From contig CP070695.1 of the NCBI GenBank assembly GCA_020353515.1, forward strand, positions 3,001,231-3,065,230: 64,000 bases of DNA. Reading direction: 5' to 3'. Origin of the DNA: Candidatus Heimdallarchaeota archaeon (GTDB lineage: Archaea; Asgardarchaeota; Heimdallarchaeia; Hodarchaeales; Hodarchaeaceae). The position numbers and the translations under genes are program-made. Numbering within the stretch: the stretch's first letter is position 1; the number at the start of each line of letters is the position of its first letter. This document shows positions 1-9,248 of this stretch, in pieces. The notes under the pieces are model-generated. The model searched no databases. It was given only the letters and a program-made list of their open reading frames with translations, and was not told the DNA's origin.

Positions 1-17
1 TTTTTAAAAGGAAGAAC

Positions 18-1259
18 TTGAAAAAAGGAAAAATTATGAGGCAGATCGTCAGGATAATCAGTTTCTTGTGCTTATGTGGTCTAATTCTTTCTATTTATTT
101 CATAAATGATCATAATGTTACTGGTTTTTCATTTAAACTTAATTCTTCATGTCCGACGAAAAGATTCAGTCATAACATGGTTTATGATACAAGAAATAGT
201 CGGATCATCCTTTTTGGTGGGTACACTATGATAAGTACTGAATACATTCAACTCTCTGACACCTGGATATTCGATTGCACGACCAACACTTGGTCTGAGC
301 AAAATCACACAATTCATCCATCATCGAGACAGAACTTTGGGATGGTTTATGATCCGACAAGACAAAAAATCCTTTTGTTTGGGGGAAATAGTGATGATAC
401 GTGGATATATAATTGTAGCACTGATTCATGGACTCAAACACATCCAGATGTAAAACCTCCTGCTCGAACTGATCCTGCAATGTATTTTGATCCAATAAAT
501 GACAAAGTAATCCTTTTTGGAGGATATAGTACTGAAACTGATGAAAAATATAATGATATCTGGGCATATGAATTTTCAAATAATACATGGACAGAACAAC
601 ATCCTCAAGACGAAAGCCCTAGTCCACGATATGGCCATCGAGTGATCTATGATTCATATAATAAGAAAGGTCTTTTCTTTGGGGGCCGTGCTGAAGAAGT
701 CACAAACGAATTATGGCTATATGATTATGGAACAAATTCATGGGAAGAAATTGATCAGCCTCAGACGGAAAAACCTGAAACACGATATTGGCACGAAATG
801 GTTTATGACACGGATAATAATGAAGTAATTATTTTTGGTGGACGGGAAAGTGAATGGATTTCTACTTCCATTTTCAATGATACATGGATTTACGATCCAC
901 AGCTTAATGAATGGGAAGCCACTGACCCTGAGATGGCACCAACAAGAAGAACAAGCTCATCTTCCGTTTATGATTCTAATAATAAAAAAATGGTGATCTT
1001 TGGTGGCACCTTCGATATCCCCATCACTGAATCAAAAATTCTTAATGATACGTGGATGTATAATACTGTAAATAATGAATGGAAAAAAATTTCTCAACTA
1101 GAATCACTATCTGACACACTTTCCTCCACTCTTACTTCATCTGAAATCCCACCCAGTTCTTCTATTATTCCTGCTTCCTCCTCTGGCTTCACAATACTCA
1201 TCTTAGCGTACATACTCCCTCTCCTATTAGTCATGGTAAAAAGAGGATATAATAAATAA
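18..1259 (+). CDS. Secreted/cell-surface Kelch-repeat beta-propeller protein
   Basis: About six repeats of MVYD..xxILFGG..DTWxYD..W; hydrophobic N-terminus; Ser-rich linker, then SSGF + TM helix + basic tail. Start may be ATG at 36. Confidence 0.85.
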   Translation: MKKGKIMRQIVRIISFLCLCGLILSIYFINDHNVTGFSFKLNSSCPTKRFSHNMVYDTRNSRIILFGGYTMISTEYIQLSDTWIFDCTTNTWSEQNHTIHPSSRQNFGMVYDPTRQKILLFGGNSDDTWIYNCSTDSWTQTHPDVKPPARTDPAMYFDPINDKVILFGGYSTETDEKYNDIWAYEFSNNTWTEQHPQDESPSPRYGHRVIYDSYNKKGLFFGGRAEEVTNELWLYDYGTNSWEEIDQPQTEKPETRYWHEMVYDTDNNEVIIFGGRESEWISTSIFNDTWIYDPQLNEWEATDPEMAPTRRTSSSSVYDSNNKKMVIFGGTFDIPITESKILNDTWMYNTVNNEWKKISQLESLSDTLSSTLTSSEIPPSSSIIPASSSGFTILILAYILPLLLVMVKRGYNK

Positions 1260-1407
1260 GAAAGCCACCGATTGCACTTCATTACCTTCTAATTTCATTC
1301 ATAATTAAAAATTTAAGATTCACTGATGTTTATATGAGATTTAGTTATATCCAACTTGTTTCTTTTTCTTCTCGGTTTTAGAGGTTCAATAAAACTAACA
1401 AGGTAGA

Positions 1408-2046
1408 ATGATCATGTTACCAGCAAAACAAATTGCTTTATGGGCAGATAAACTTCGAGATATCTCAGCATTGGGTCTAAAATTCTCAGGGAATATTTAT
1501 AATCGAGAGAGATTCCAAAAGATCCAAGAAATTGCTATAGAGATGATAGCACTATCTACAAATACCTCAATAGGTCAATTGGAACCTTTACGGACGACTA
1601 TCCTCACACGACCTAGCCCCTTAGTTGGGGGTGATGCAGCTATCATTGACTCTGAAGGACGTATATTATTGATTCAACGAGCGGATAACAAGATGTGGGC
1701 GATGCCTGGAGGTTTGTCAGAAGTAGGTGAGACCCCAGTTGAAGGAGTATTGCGAGAAGTTGTTGAAGAAACGGGGTACAATTGTCAAGCTATCTCTTTG
1801 ATTGGCATTTTTGATTCGAGGTTGTGCGGAACAACCTACCCTCTCCAACTGTACCATTTTACGTTTCTTTGTGTACCACTAGAAGATGAAAAACAAAGAG
1901 TCCCCTTGCATCAACAGGAAACATTGGATGTTAATTGGTTTCATGAAGATTCTTTACCAGAAAACATTGACCCAGGGCATATATCACGGATATCTGAAGC
2001 GTTTCGGGTTTGGAGAGGGGATGAAAGGGCCTTTTTTGACAAATAA
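1408..2046 (+). CDS. NUDIX hydrolase with N-terminal Nudix_N-type extension
   Basis: Nudix box GGLSEVGETPVEGVLREVVEETG; N-terminal WADKLRDISALGL..YNRERF. Confidence 0.9.
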   Translation: MIMLPAKQIALWADKLRDISALGLKFSGNIYNRERFQKIQEIAIEMIALSTNTSIGQLEPLRTTILTRPSPLVGGDAAIIDSEGRILLIQRADNKMWAMPGGLSEVGETPVEGVLREVVEETGYNCQAISLIGIFDSRLCGTTYPLQLYHFTFLCVPLEDEKQRVPLHQQETLDVNWFHEDSLPENIDPGHISRISEAFRVWRGDERAFFDK

Positions 2047-2184
2047 ACTAAAATTCCTTCTAACTTTTCTCTTGGTATGTATTGCTATAGATCAATATTG
2101 ATTTCTCATGGGAGTAAATAGAACAGAAAAAAGAAATAAAGTCAATGAAATAAAATACTATTTGCTTCTTGGTGCGATTTAAAT

Positions 2185-3159
2185 ATGATGCAGCAAAATC
2201 CTATTCAAGATCTTCTTGAAAGTATTTTTAAAGCAATTCAGACATTTTTTCAGGAAATATCCGATCCAGTTGGTTTTATTGAAACTTATTTCATATTAGA
2301 ACAAGGTTACAATATTTACAATACCATTGTATATACAACTATTGGGATTCTCTCAATTCTCCTTATTGGAAAAATAATTGTCAAAATAAATCAAAAAGGG
2401 GAAAACCGCTGGGGAGAATACTATATCCCAGTCCAAATGGACTCAGAGTTTTTTGTTTCTATATTGCCATACATCTTCATTGGTTCAACATTGCGAGCTT
2501 TACAAGACATTGCCGATCAAGATAAGATTATATCACCATATGAGTTTTTTAAGCTTAGAATTTTTGTAACACCTTATGTATATGTCATTACAATCCTATT
2601 AACTTTAATTGTGGGACTTGTTTCGATTATACTCTCTCAAGAATATTTGAAAAACACCCAGCGATTTTTTAATTGGAGGATTACCTTTTTTACAATTGGA
2701 ATCATTATTGAAATTATCCTATTCTTACCAATTCCTTTCTTACTGACAGATCTGTACTTTATCAGTGGAGGTATAATCATCCTATTATTATCAGGTATTT
2801 TTGGGTTACTCTTTCATTTAACAGCTAATTATCTTTCACGACGGTATATTCCTGAAACACCAGCTCGAAGAGAGGAAGTTCTAGCAATGATAACTCAAAT
2901 GTTTGACGCATTTAATACCGTTATTGCTATTGAATTTTTTAATTACGAAGAGAAGCATTATTTGCCTGTTATTCTGTTTGATACTCCCTTGGGGGCATGG
3001 CCTTTCTTAATAGTAAAATTTGGGGTGGTAATGCTATTCATCTATGCTGTTCGTGGAGTTGAAAGTGAAGAAATCCAGAAATGGCTACTTTGGGTTGTAT
3101 TCCTTCTAGGTTTAGCGACTGGGACAAGAGACTTTCTCCGTTTAGTGACAAATACTTAA
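2185..3159 (+). CDS. DUF63-family archaeal membrane protein
   Basis: GYNIYNT, PYIFIGSTLRALQD, FVTP, YEEKH, LGLATGTRD motifs; multiple TM helices. Confidence 0.75.
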   Translation: MMQQNPIQDLLESIFKAIQTFFQEISDPVGFIETYFILEQGYNIYNTIVYTTIGILSILLIGKIIVKINQKGENRWGEYYIPVQMDSEFFVSILPYIFIGSTLRALQDIADQDKIISPYEFFKLRIFVTPYVYVITILLTLIVGLVSIILSQEYLKNTQRFFNWRITFFTIGIIIEIILFLPIPFLLTDLYFISGGIIILLLSGIFGLLFHLTANYLSRRYIPETPARREEVLAMITQMFDAFNTVIAIEFFNYEEKHYLPVILFDTPLGAWPFLIVKFGVVMLFIYAVRGVESEEIQKWLLWVVFLLGLATGTRDFLRLVTNT

Positions 3160-3161
3160 CA

Positions 3162-3302
3162 TCATGTCTCTATCACTGGATTGTAACCTGACTCATCCAT
3201 TGAAAAAGCCCACACTATGGCTTCTTTACATGTTCTAACATGTGGAGGAACACGTAAAATGTAAGTTTCTTTGGTTGTTGAATCTTGAACTTTAACCACC
3301 AT
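3162..3302 (-). pseudogene. C-terminal remnant of a DUF6745-like protein
   Basis: Not in the ORF track. Manual translation: (EEPL)MVVKVQDSTTKETYILRVPPHVRTCKEAIVWAFSMDESGYNPVIET*, matching the YxLRVPP..T..EAxxW..YxPxxET terminus; in-frame stop about 35 codons upstream. Confidence 0.6.
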
Positions 3303-3445
3303 TAGTGGCTCCTCATTCTTCCTGATTTGAAGAGGGGATAATCTATTTCTGGTAATTAATATTATAGGTTTTACTTTGATAATTCTCCGAAAACGATGCC
3401 AAAGGATTTAGAGAGTTTCGGAAAAACCAATGATCTCATCTAGGA

Positions 3446-4690
3446 TTACTTCGTTAAAGTGAATTGGGCCTTTATTTCGTTTAAAATGATCTCTAAATGT
3501 TCCAAATTTTTGGTTTCTATTGCCAGTTCAACAACTACATGGTTAAAAGGCAAATCAGGTGAAAAACGGTCTACATTAATATCTATAATGTTAGCTTCCA
3601 GCTTAGTTATGATTTTTAACAAATTTTCAAGCCCACCAGGCTTGTCTTCTACTAGAACTTTAAGTTCCCTATAGCGGCCAGATTTGATTAATCCTTGTGT
3701 TATGAGTTTACTTAATATTGTTATGTCTACATTACCCCCACTTACTACCAATACGACATTTTCATTTTTTTGTGCAATATCTCTGTACAACAGAGCTGCT
3801 AACGCTGTGGCACCTGCTCCTTCTACCACTGATTTACATCGCTCTAGTAGAAGGAGCATAGCTTGAGCTATTTCCTCCTCTTCGACAATGACTATATCAT
3901 CCAAATGAGATTTTATAATTGAAAAAGTGAACTCACTAGGGCTTTTTATAGCAATACCATCAGCTAATGTATTTCCTTTCTCAGTTTGTATTAATTTTCC
4001 TTCCTTAAACGACTTATAAGCAGCAGCCATCTCTCTTGTCTGAACACCAATAACCCGGCATTTTGGTTTTTTAGCCTTAATAGCTGTTACTATCCCTGAT
4101 ATCAGTCCTCCTCCCCCAATAGGACAGATAACTAAATCTACATCGGAAAGATCTTCCAATATCTCCAATCCGATCGTTCCCTGACCTGCAGCTATATGTG
4201 GGTCATCAAATGCATGAATTAAGGTTAAATCCTTGGTGTTTTTGATTTCTTTTGCCTTAATATAAGCCTCTTCAAAACTTTCACCGTATAGGATGACCTT
4301 TCCACCATAGCCTTTTGTTGCTTCAATTTTAGAGATTGGAGCACCTTTGGGCATAACAATAGTTGAAGCCACCCCAAATATAGATGCTGCTAGCGCAACA
4401 CCTTGAGCATGATTCCCTGTACTAACAGCGACTACTCCTTTCTCCCTGATACTTTCTTCTATACGAGCAATTTTATTATATGCTCCCCTAACTTTAAACG
4501 AGCCCGCTTTCTGTAGATTTTCGTGTTTAAGATAGACACTACACCTAGTTATTTTTGAAAATGTAGTAGAATGGTTTAACGGTGTTCGTTTTATCTTCCC
4601 CTCAAGTACCTTTTGAGCTTCAAGAATATCATTTAGTGTTAATTCAGACAAATTAATCACCCTGTTTTCCCCCATAATTTCATCCCTCAC
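3446..4690 (-). CDS. ilvA: Threonine ammonia-lyase (PLP) with C-terminal ACT domain
   Basis: LKHENLQKAGSFKVRG, GNHAQG, PIGGGGL, SGGN; ACT motif EDKPGGL. Confidence 0.92.
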   Translation of the reverse strand: MRDEIMGENRVINLSELTLNDILEAQKVLEGKIKRTPLNHSTTFSKITRCSVYLKHENLQKAGSFKVRGAYNKIARIEESIREKGVVAVSTGNHAQGVALAASIFGVASTIVMPKGAPISKIEATKGYGGKVILYGESFEEAYIKAKEIKNTKDLTLIHAFDDPHIAAGQGTIGLEILEDLSDVDLVICPIGGGGLISGIVTAIKAKKPKCRVIGVQTREMAAAYKSFKEGKLIQTEKGNTLADGIAIKSPSEFTFSIIKSHLDDIVIVEEEEIAQAMLLLLERCKSVVEGAGATALAALLYRDIAQKNENVVLVVSGGNVDITILSKLITQGLIKSGRYRELKVLVEDKPGGLENLLKIITKLEANIIDINVDRFSPDLPFNHVVVELAIETKNLEHLEIILNEIKAQFTLTK

Positions 4691-4712
4691 AAATAAATGT
4701 TTCTTCTCATAA

Positions 4713-5621
4713 TTATCCTGAATAAATACAGGGAAGGATGATATTGATTGAATTTTGGGTTAACCATAACCGCCCGTTGAAATATGAGGTGAAGAATTGA
4801 AGATATTGAGAAACTAAGCTAAAACCTTGCAATGTAGTCAGTAAGGTATCACTAGGAACACTAAAACTTATCCCAACTGAAAACCTATTCATAATTTCCA
4901 CTTCAATAGTGATTTGTAGCCCACGAAGCCATGTTAAAATTGTTGAAAAGAGATTCTCTGGAAAATGAGAGCTCGCCCAAATTTCTGGATTTGAAGTTTC
5001 AAGATCGTCCGAATCCAAGGACGAAATCATATTGAATTGTGTTTTAGAAGAGTTTCGAAGATAATGGAAACTAGTTCTCAAGACATTAGATAGGGATACA
5101 GGATAAATATTTGGAGGCTTGAGGAGCAATTGAATTAAATCTGTGACTATGATTGTTAAAATTTTCTGGCGATAAGATATATTGCTAAATCTTTGAATTA
5201 CTCTTTGATCCATTGATTCAACGCTTTTCATGAGATAATGACTTAGATCCATTAAGAGGGATCCTGTACGGAGTTCATAAGTGAGCTCCTCAACCCAATT
5301 GTTGATCATCGAAGTGATAGGTTGAGAAATTGATGAATAAAATATCTTATATGTCCTAAGGGGAATTGAATAAAGATCTATATGGAGTGAAAAAAGAGTT
5401 TTATTGCTTATTTGCCGAGTGCTAGGATGAATACCACTCATCTGAGCAAATGTTTGAGTGAAATAGAAAACCTCATCATGATCAGCTGATAGAATAATGA
5501 AGGGATTGAAGGGATTAGAATAAATAGTGGAGATGTTATTTCGGAGAACAACTTCTTTCATCCATACTGAAGAATTTATACCCTTTTTTTCTATTATTTT
5601 CGAGATATCATAATTCACCAT
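4713..5621 (-). CDS. Degenerate histidine-kinase-like protein (pseudokinase candidate)
   Basis: LLMDLSHYL resembles an H-box; the C-terminus (YFNGRLWL..IILP) follows the HATPase_c layout but lacks the N and G boxes. Confidence 0.5.
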   Translation of the reverse strand: MVNYDISKIIEKKGINSSVWMKEVVLRNNISTIYSNPFNPFIILSADHDEVFYFTQTFAQMSGIHPSTRQISNKTLFSLHIDLYSIPLRTYKIFYSSISQPITSMINNWVEELTYELRTGSLLMDLSHYLMKSVESMDQRVIQRFSNISYRQKILTIIVTDLIQLLLKPPNIYPVSLSNVLRTSFHYLRNSSKTQFNMISSLDSDDLETSNPEIWASSHFPENLFSTILTWLRGLQITIEVEIMNRFSVGISFSVPSDTLLTTLQGFSLVSQYLQFFTSYFNGRLWLTQNSINIILPCIYSG

Positions 5622-5850
5622 TTTTCCCTCATGTACTTAAAAAAAATTGATAGCTCTTTTGTGTTTCTGAGGAAAATATCCGACATTTTTTATATAGACA
5701 TTATTTGCATATATCCCCTATAGGAATAAAATGGTTAAAATTAGGAATTACCCTCGAAACGCTTACGATCGCTTTTAATTACACACTTTACGAAATAACC
5801 AAAAAATCGGCCACTTTCAATAGGTTAAGGAGCCCTGGTAACTGAATCAC

Positions 5851-7449
5851 CTATCTAGCTTTCCAAAGAATCTCTCCATTTACCATAGTAAGCTCGACCT
5901 TAACCTTCTTTATTTTCTCTAGAGGAAAGGAAATCAGATCCTCTGACAAAATGGTTATATCAGCAAGCTTTCCCGGCTCAATAGATCCTTTTATATCTTC
6001 ATCAAAGGAAGCATAAGCCCCATTAAGAGTATAACATTTAATTGCTTCCTCTAAAGAAATCTGATTCTCTTTTATAGGGTGATTTATAGCAGCCCAAAGG
6101 CCATATATCGGATTAAAGGGCCATGGAGGGCAATAACCACAGTCAGAACCGAATGCTACTGTAATCTCCTCATCAAGTAGCTTTTTATAAGGATTGCAGA
6201 GTTTAAGCCTCTTTGAACCCAAACGTTGTTCGTACATCCCTCCAGGTTGCCCCCATTCTCCTACAAAGTTAGGTTGCATTGCTGGCACCACTCCTAATTG
6301 CTTAATTCTATGCATTTGTGCTTCAGTTAAGATTTCACAGTGTTCAATCCTATGCCTATGGTTCATCCTAGGTTCTTTTTCAATCGCTGCCTCTATAGCA
6401 TCGAGTGCCACTTGAATCCCTTTATCACCAATTGCATGGATCGCTACTTGCATTCCTAGTTCATGCGCTCGGATAACCCTACGTTTGAGTTCTTCTGGAG
6501 AAACAGCGAATAACCCATAAGTAGAGGACTCATCAGTATATGGTTCAGAAAACACTGCGGTACGTGCTCCCATAGAACCATCTATGTAGAACTTTATGGC
6601 TCCGATTCTTAGAAAATCATCTCCAAATCGGGTTTTGATGCCTAGGGTCTCTAATCCATCCAACATCACATCTGTAAATTGTGCATCAGGCATGATATAA
6701 GCTCGAACCTTTAAGAATCCTTCCTCAACGGCTGTTTGGTAAGTATTGATGTCAATGGAGTCAGAACCTAGATCATGGATACTCGCACAGCCCCAGCTCA
6801 AAGCAATGTCACATGCTTTTTTCAATCCTGACAAAGCTGCCTCTTTCGTGGTGGGAGGTTTAACAGCACCAATTAAATCCATCGCTTCCTCACGAAGTAT
6901 GCCTGTGGCTTCATTGGTTTTTGAATCACGATCGATTTTTCCCCCTGGAGGATCAGGAGTTTCTTTGGTTATTTTAGCTAACTCAAGAGCACGACTGTTT
7001 ACTACCATTAAATGTCCATAACAAGGAGTGAGTATCAACGGATTTTCTAGAGAAATTGGATCAAGATCATCCTTGTTAGGATATCTTTTCTCAGTCCATG
7101 TACTCTCATCCCAGCCATGGCCAGTAAGCCAGCTGCCACTTGGTAACTTAGATATTCGTTCACTTATTTTTTTCACGACTTCTACAATAGAATTTGTAGT
7201 GGAGAGATCCACTGTTGTTAAGGTTCGTACTCCCATCAATAAAAAGTGAGTATGACTATCAATGAAACTGGGTATGACAGTCTTACCCTCTACATCGATA
7301 ATTTTAGCTTCTGATGGAATATTAACTCTTTCAGAAGGCCCAACATCAATAATTTTTGATCCCACAACAATAATTGTGCTATTTGGAATCGGAGGGGCTC
7401 CTGTTCCATCGATGAGAGTACCACCCGTTATTACAGTAAATTGATTCAA
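5851..7449 (-). CDS. Amidohydrolase, YtcJ-like (Amidohydro_3)
   Basis: DSHTH, KFYIDGSMGARTA, HAIGD, RHRIEH, GSD, GSIEPGKLAD. Confidence 0.92.
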   Translation of the reverse strand: MNQFTVITGGTLIDGTGAPPIPNSTIIVVGSKIIDVGPSERVNIPSEAKIIDVEGKTVIPSFIDSHTHFLLMGVRTLTTVDLSTTNSIVEVVKKISERISKLPSGSWLTGHGWDESTWTEKRYPNKDDLDPISLENPLILTPCYGHLMVVNSRALELAKITKETPDPPGGKIDRDSKTNEATGILREEAMDLIGAVKPPTTKEAALSGLKKACDIALSWGCASIHDLGSDSIDINTYQTAVEEGFLKVRAYIMPDAQFTDVMLDGLETLGIKTRFGDDFLRIGAIKFYIDGSMGARTAVFSEPYTDESSTYGLFAVSPEELKRRVIRAHELGMQVAIHAIGDKGIQVALDAIEAAIEKEPRMNHRHRIEHCEILTEAQMHRIKQLGVVPAMQPNFVGEWGQPGGMYEQRLGSKRLKLCNPYKKLLDEEITVAFGSDCGYCPPWPFNPIYGLWAAINHPIKENQISLEEAIKCYTLNGAYASFDEDIKGSIEPGKLADITILSEDLISFPLEKIKKVKVELTMVNGEILWKAR

Positions 7450-7555
7450 TAGATCAAAACCTCACGTAAAAAATAGGATTTCACATCGTAATATCGGCTC
7501 ATCTATAACGTCTCAATACACTGATAAACACTTTTCGAGTTCTTTGATAGTTATT

Positions 7556-8917
7556 TTAAATTCGTACTCCAGAAACGAAAATAAGCCCTCTCTGTCCAAC
7601 ATCTCGTCCTTGATCATGGTCATCAGCGAAAGAACAAGTCACACTCCAACCTGCTGACTCGAAAAATGATGGTACAGTTTTTTTATCAAGGCCCCATTTA
7701 AAATATGGAGTAAACGGGCCAAATACGAGATCTGCAAGAGCAGGAACACAAATATCTACAAAAATCTCACTTGTTTCGGTACTCATCAACGCTGCTTTCT
7801 GGAGAAGTGAGACAACAACTTGTTTCTCCAGATAATACGCAAGTCCCTCTAGCACCCAAAAAGTAGGTGTCTTAGTTGAAAATCCGTTTTCTCTCAGAGA
7901 TGAATCCCATTTAGGACTAGAAAGATCCTCAGATACACGTACGAGATTACATAGAGGTTTTTCATCTTTGAGTATTGCTTCTTTGTATTCTATAACCGAA
8001 GACAAATCTATCTCAAAAATGGTATGTGAATTTATTTTTAAATTCTTCAATCTATAAGCTCGAGTATCTAAACCCGCACCTAGAAGAATAATTTGGGATA
8101 TTTTGTTATTCATGCACCAGGGATTTAGCAAAGTATTCTCGATGAAGTATGACCGTACAAGGGCATAATCACCCCTTTGAACCACGAATTTATGCTTATC
8201 AGCATACGCAGTCATATCACCTGCTAGACGCTCTGCGAAAGGGTCAATAATCAAGGGGGAAGCGGATTTATATTCTTGAAAGCGGTAATAAGCCATTAAA
8301 CGAGCAGTGAATGGCAATGCATCTTTCTCCTCATCACTCGTCATGTAGGTAGCTAAAATTTTCCCGTTTCCTATATTAGTTGTAGTATCAGCTAGATCAT
8401 CACTTTTTTCGTCGTCTTCCTCTAAAAAGATTGCAGGCTGTTCTAGAAAATTCAAGTCACTAAGTTCTTGTCTTACAATTTTAACTAGTGGAGGTATGGT
8501 GTAAGGCTTTCCAATAGTTTGAACTTTCATACTTTCTTCGTATAATAGTGTCTCAGAAAATTGGTACCCCTCTAAACCTTTTGCACAACAATACACAATT
8601 TGTAAGAATGCTTTGAGATACCCCACTAGGTGAGCTTCTTTTTCTTCAGATGATCTCGATTGGAGAGTTAGTGCAGCGTCAAGCGGATCTCTTAACAATC
8701 TAGAGGAGATTAATCCAGCCTCTAAAGGATCTCTCAATCCTTTTACTATAATTTTCTTCATTGAAGGTTTCAGATCCTTCACTAAGTCGAGATAAGCAGA
8801 GAATCCCACCTCAGGATTCTGAATGTAAAGCTCTACAATTCTCTCAACTTCAGGGAGGAGCCGCCTCGAGAGTTCAATAGCAAAAACTTGGATCTTGGGA
8901 TCCATTAGCATTACCAA
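7556..8917 (-). CDS. LCM-family SAM-dependent methyltransferase with an unknown N-terminal domain
   Basis: DPFAERLAG, QIILLGAGLDTRAYRL, FEID, WVLEGLAYY in the C-terminal ~260 aa. Confidence 0.85.
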   Translation of the reverse strand: MVMLMDPKIQVFAIELSRRLLPEVERIVELYIQNPEVGFSAYLDLVKDLKPSMKKIIVKGLRDPLEAGLISSRLLRDPLDAALTLQSRSSEEKEAHLVGYLKAFLQIVYCCAKGLEGYQFSETLLYEESMKVQTIGKPYTIPPLVKIVRQELSDLNFLEQPAIFLEEDDEKSDDLADTTTNIGNGKILATYMTSDEEKDALPFTARLMAYYRFQEYKSASPLIIDPFAERLAGDMTAYADKHKFVVQRGDYALVRSYFIENTLLNPWCMNNKISQIILLGAGLDTRAYRLKNLKINSHTIFEIDLSSVIEYKEAILKDEKPLCNLVRVSEDLSSPKWDSSLRENGFSTKTPTFWVLEGLAYYLEKQVVVSLLQKAALMSTETSEIFVDICVPALADLVFGPFTPYFKWGLDKKTVPSFFESAGWSVTCSFADDHDQGRDVGQRGLIFVSGVRI

Positions 8918-9248
8918 GACATTCAGGAGAGATTTTGATGAATTTTAACTTTGATTATTTGACCTCGCTCTGTTCACCAAACTTCTTGGAGAAACAGATT
9001 TTCGTGTGATATTAAATGTTTCCTCCTTCTTTTCAAGAACAATCATTGATGCTTTACCTTTCTAAATATGTTAAACACAACTAAATTCTCTTTATTTGTG
9101 CCTCTAAAAATGGTTTTTTATATTCTGTAAGAGTTAAGTTAGTTAAATTGACTATTCAATGAGAAAATCCTTACTAATCTATTTTGTGAGTAAAAGGAAT
9201 TTCTAGAAGAAAGAATATCAGGATCATCAATAGCTGGAAGGATATACT

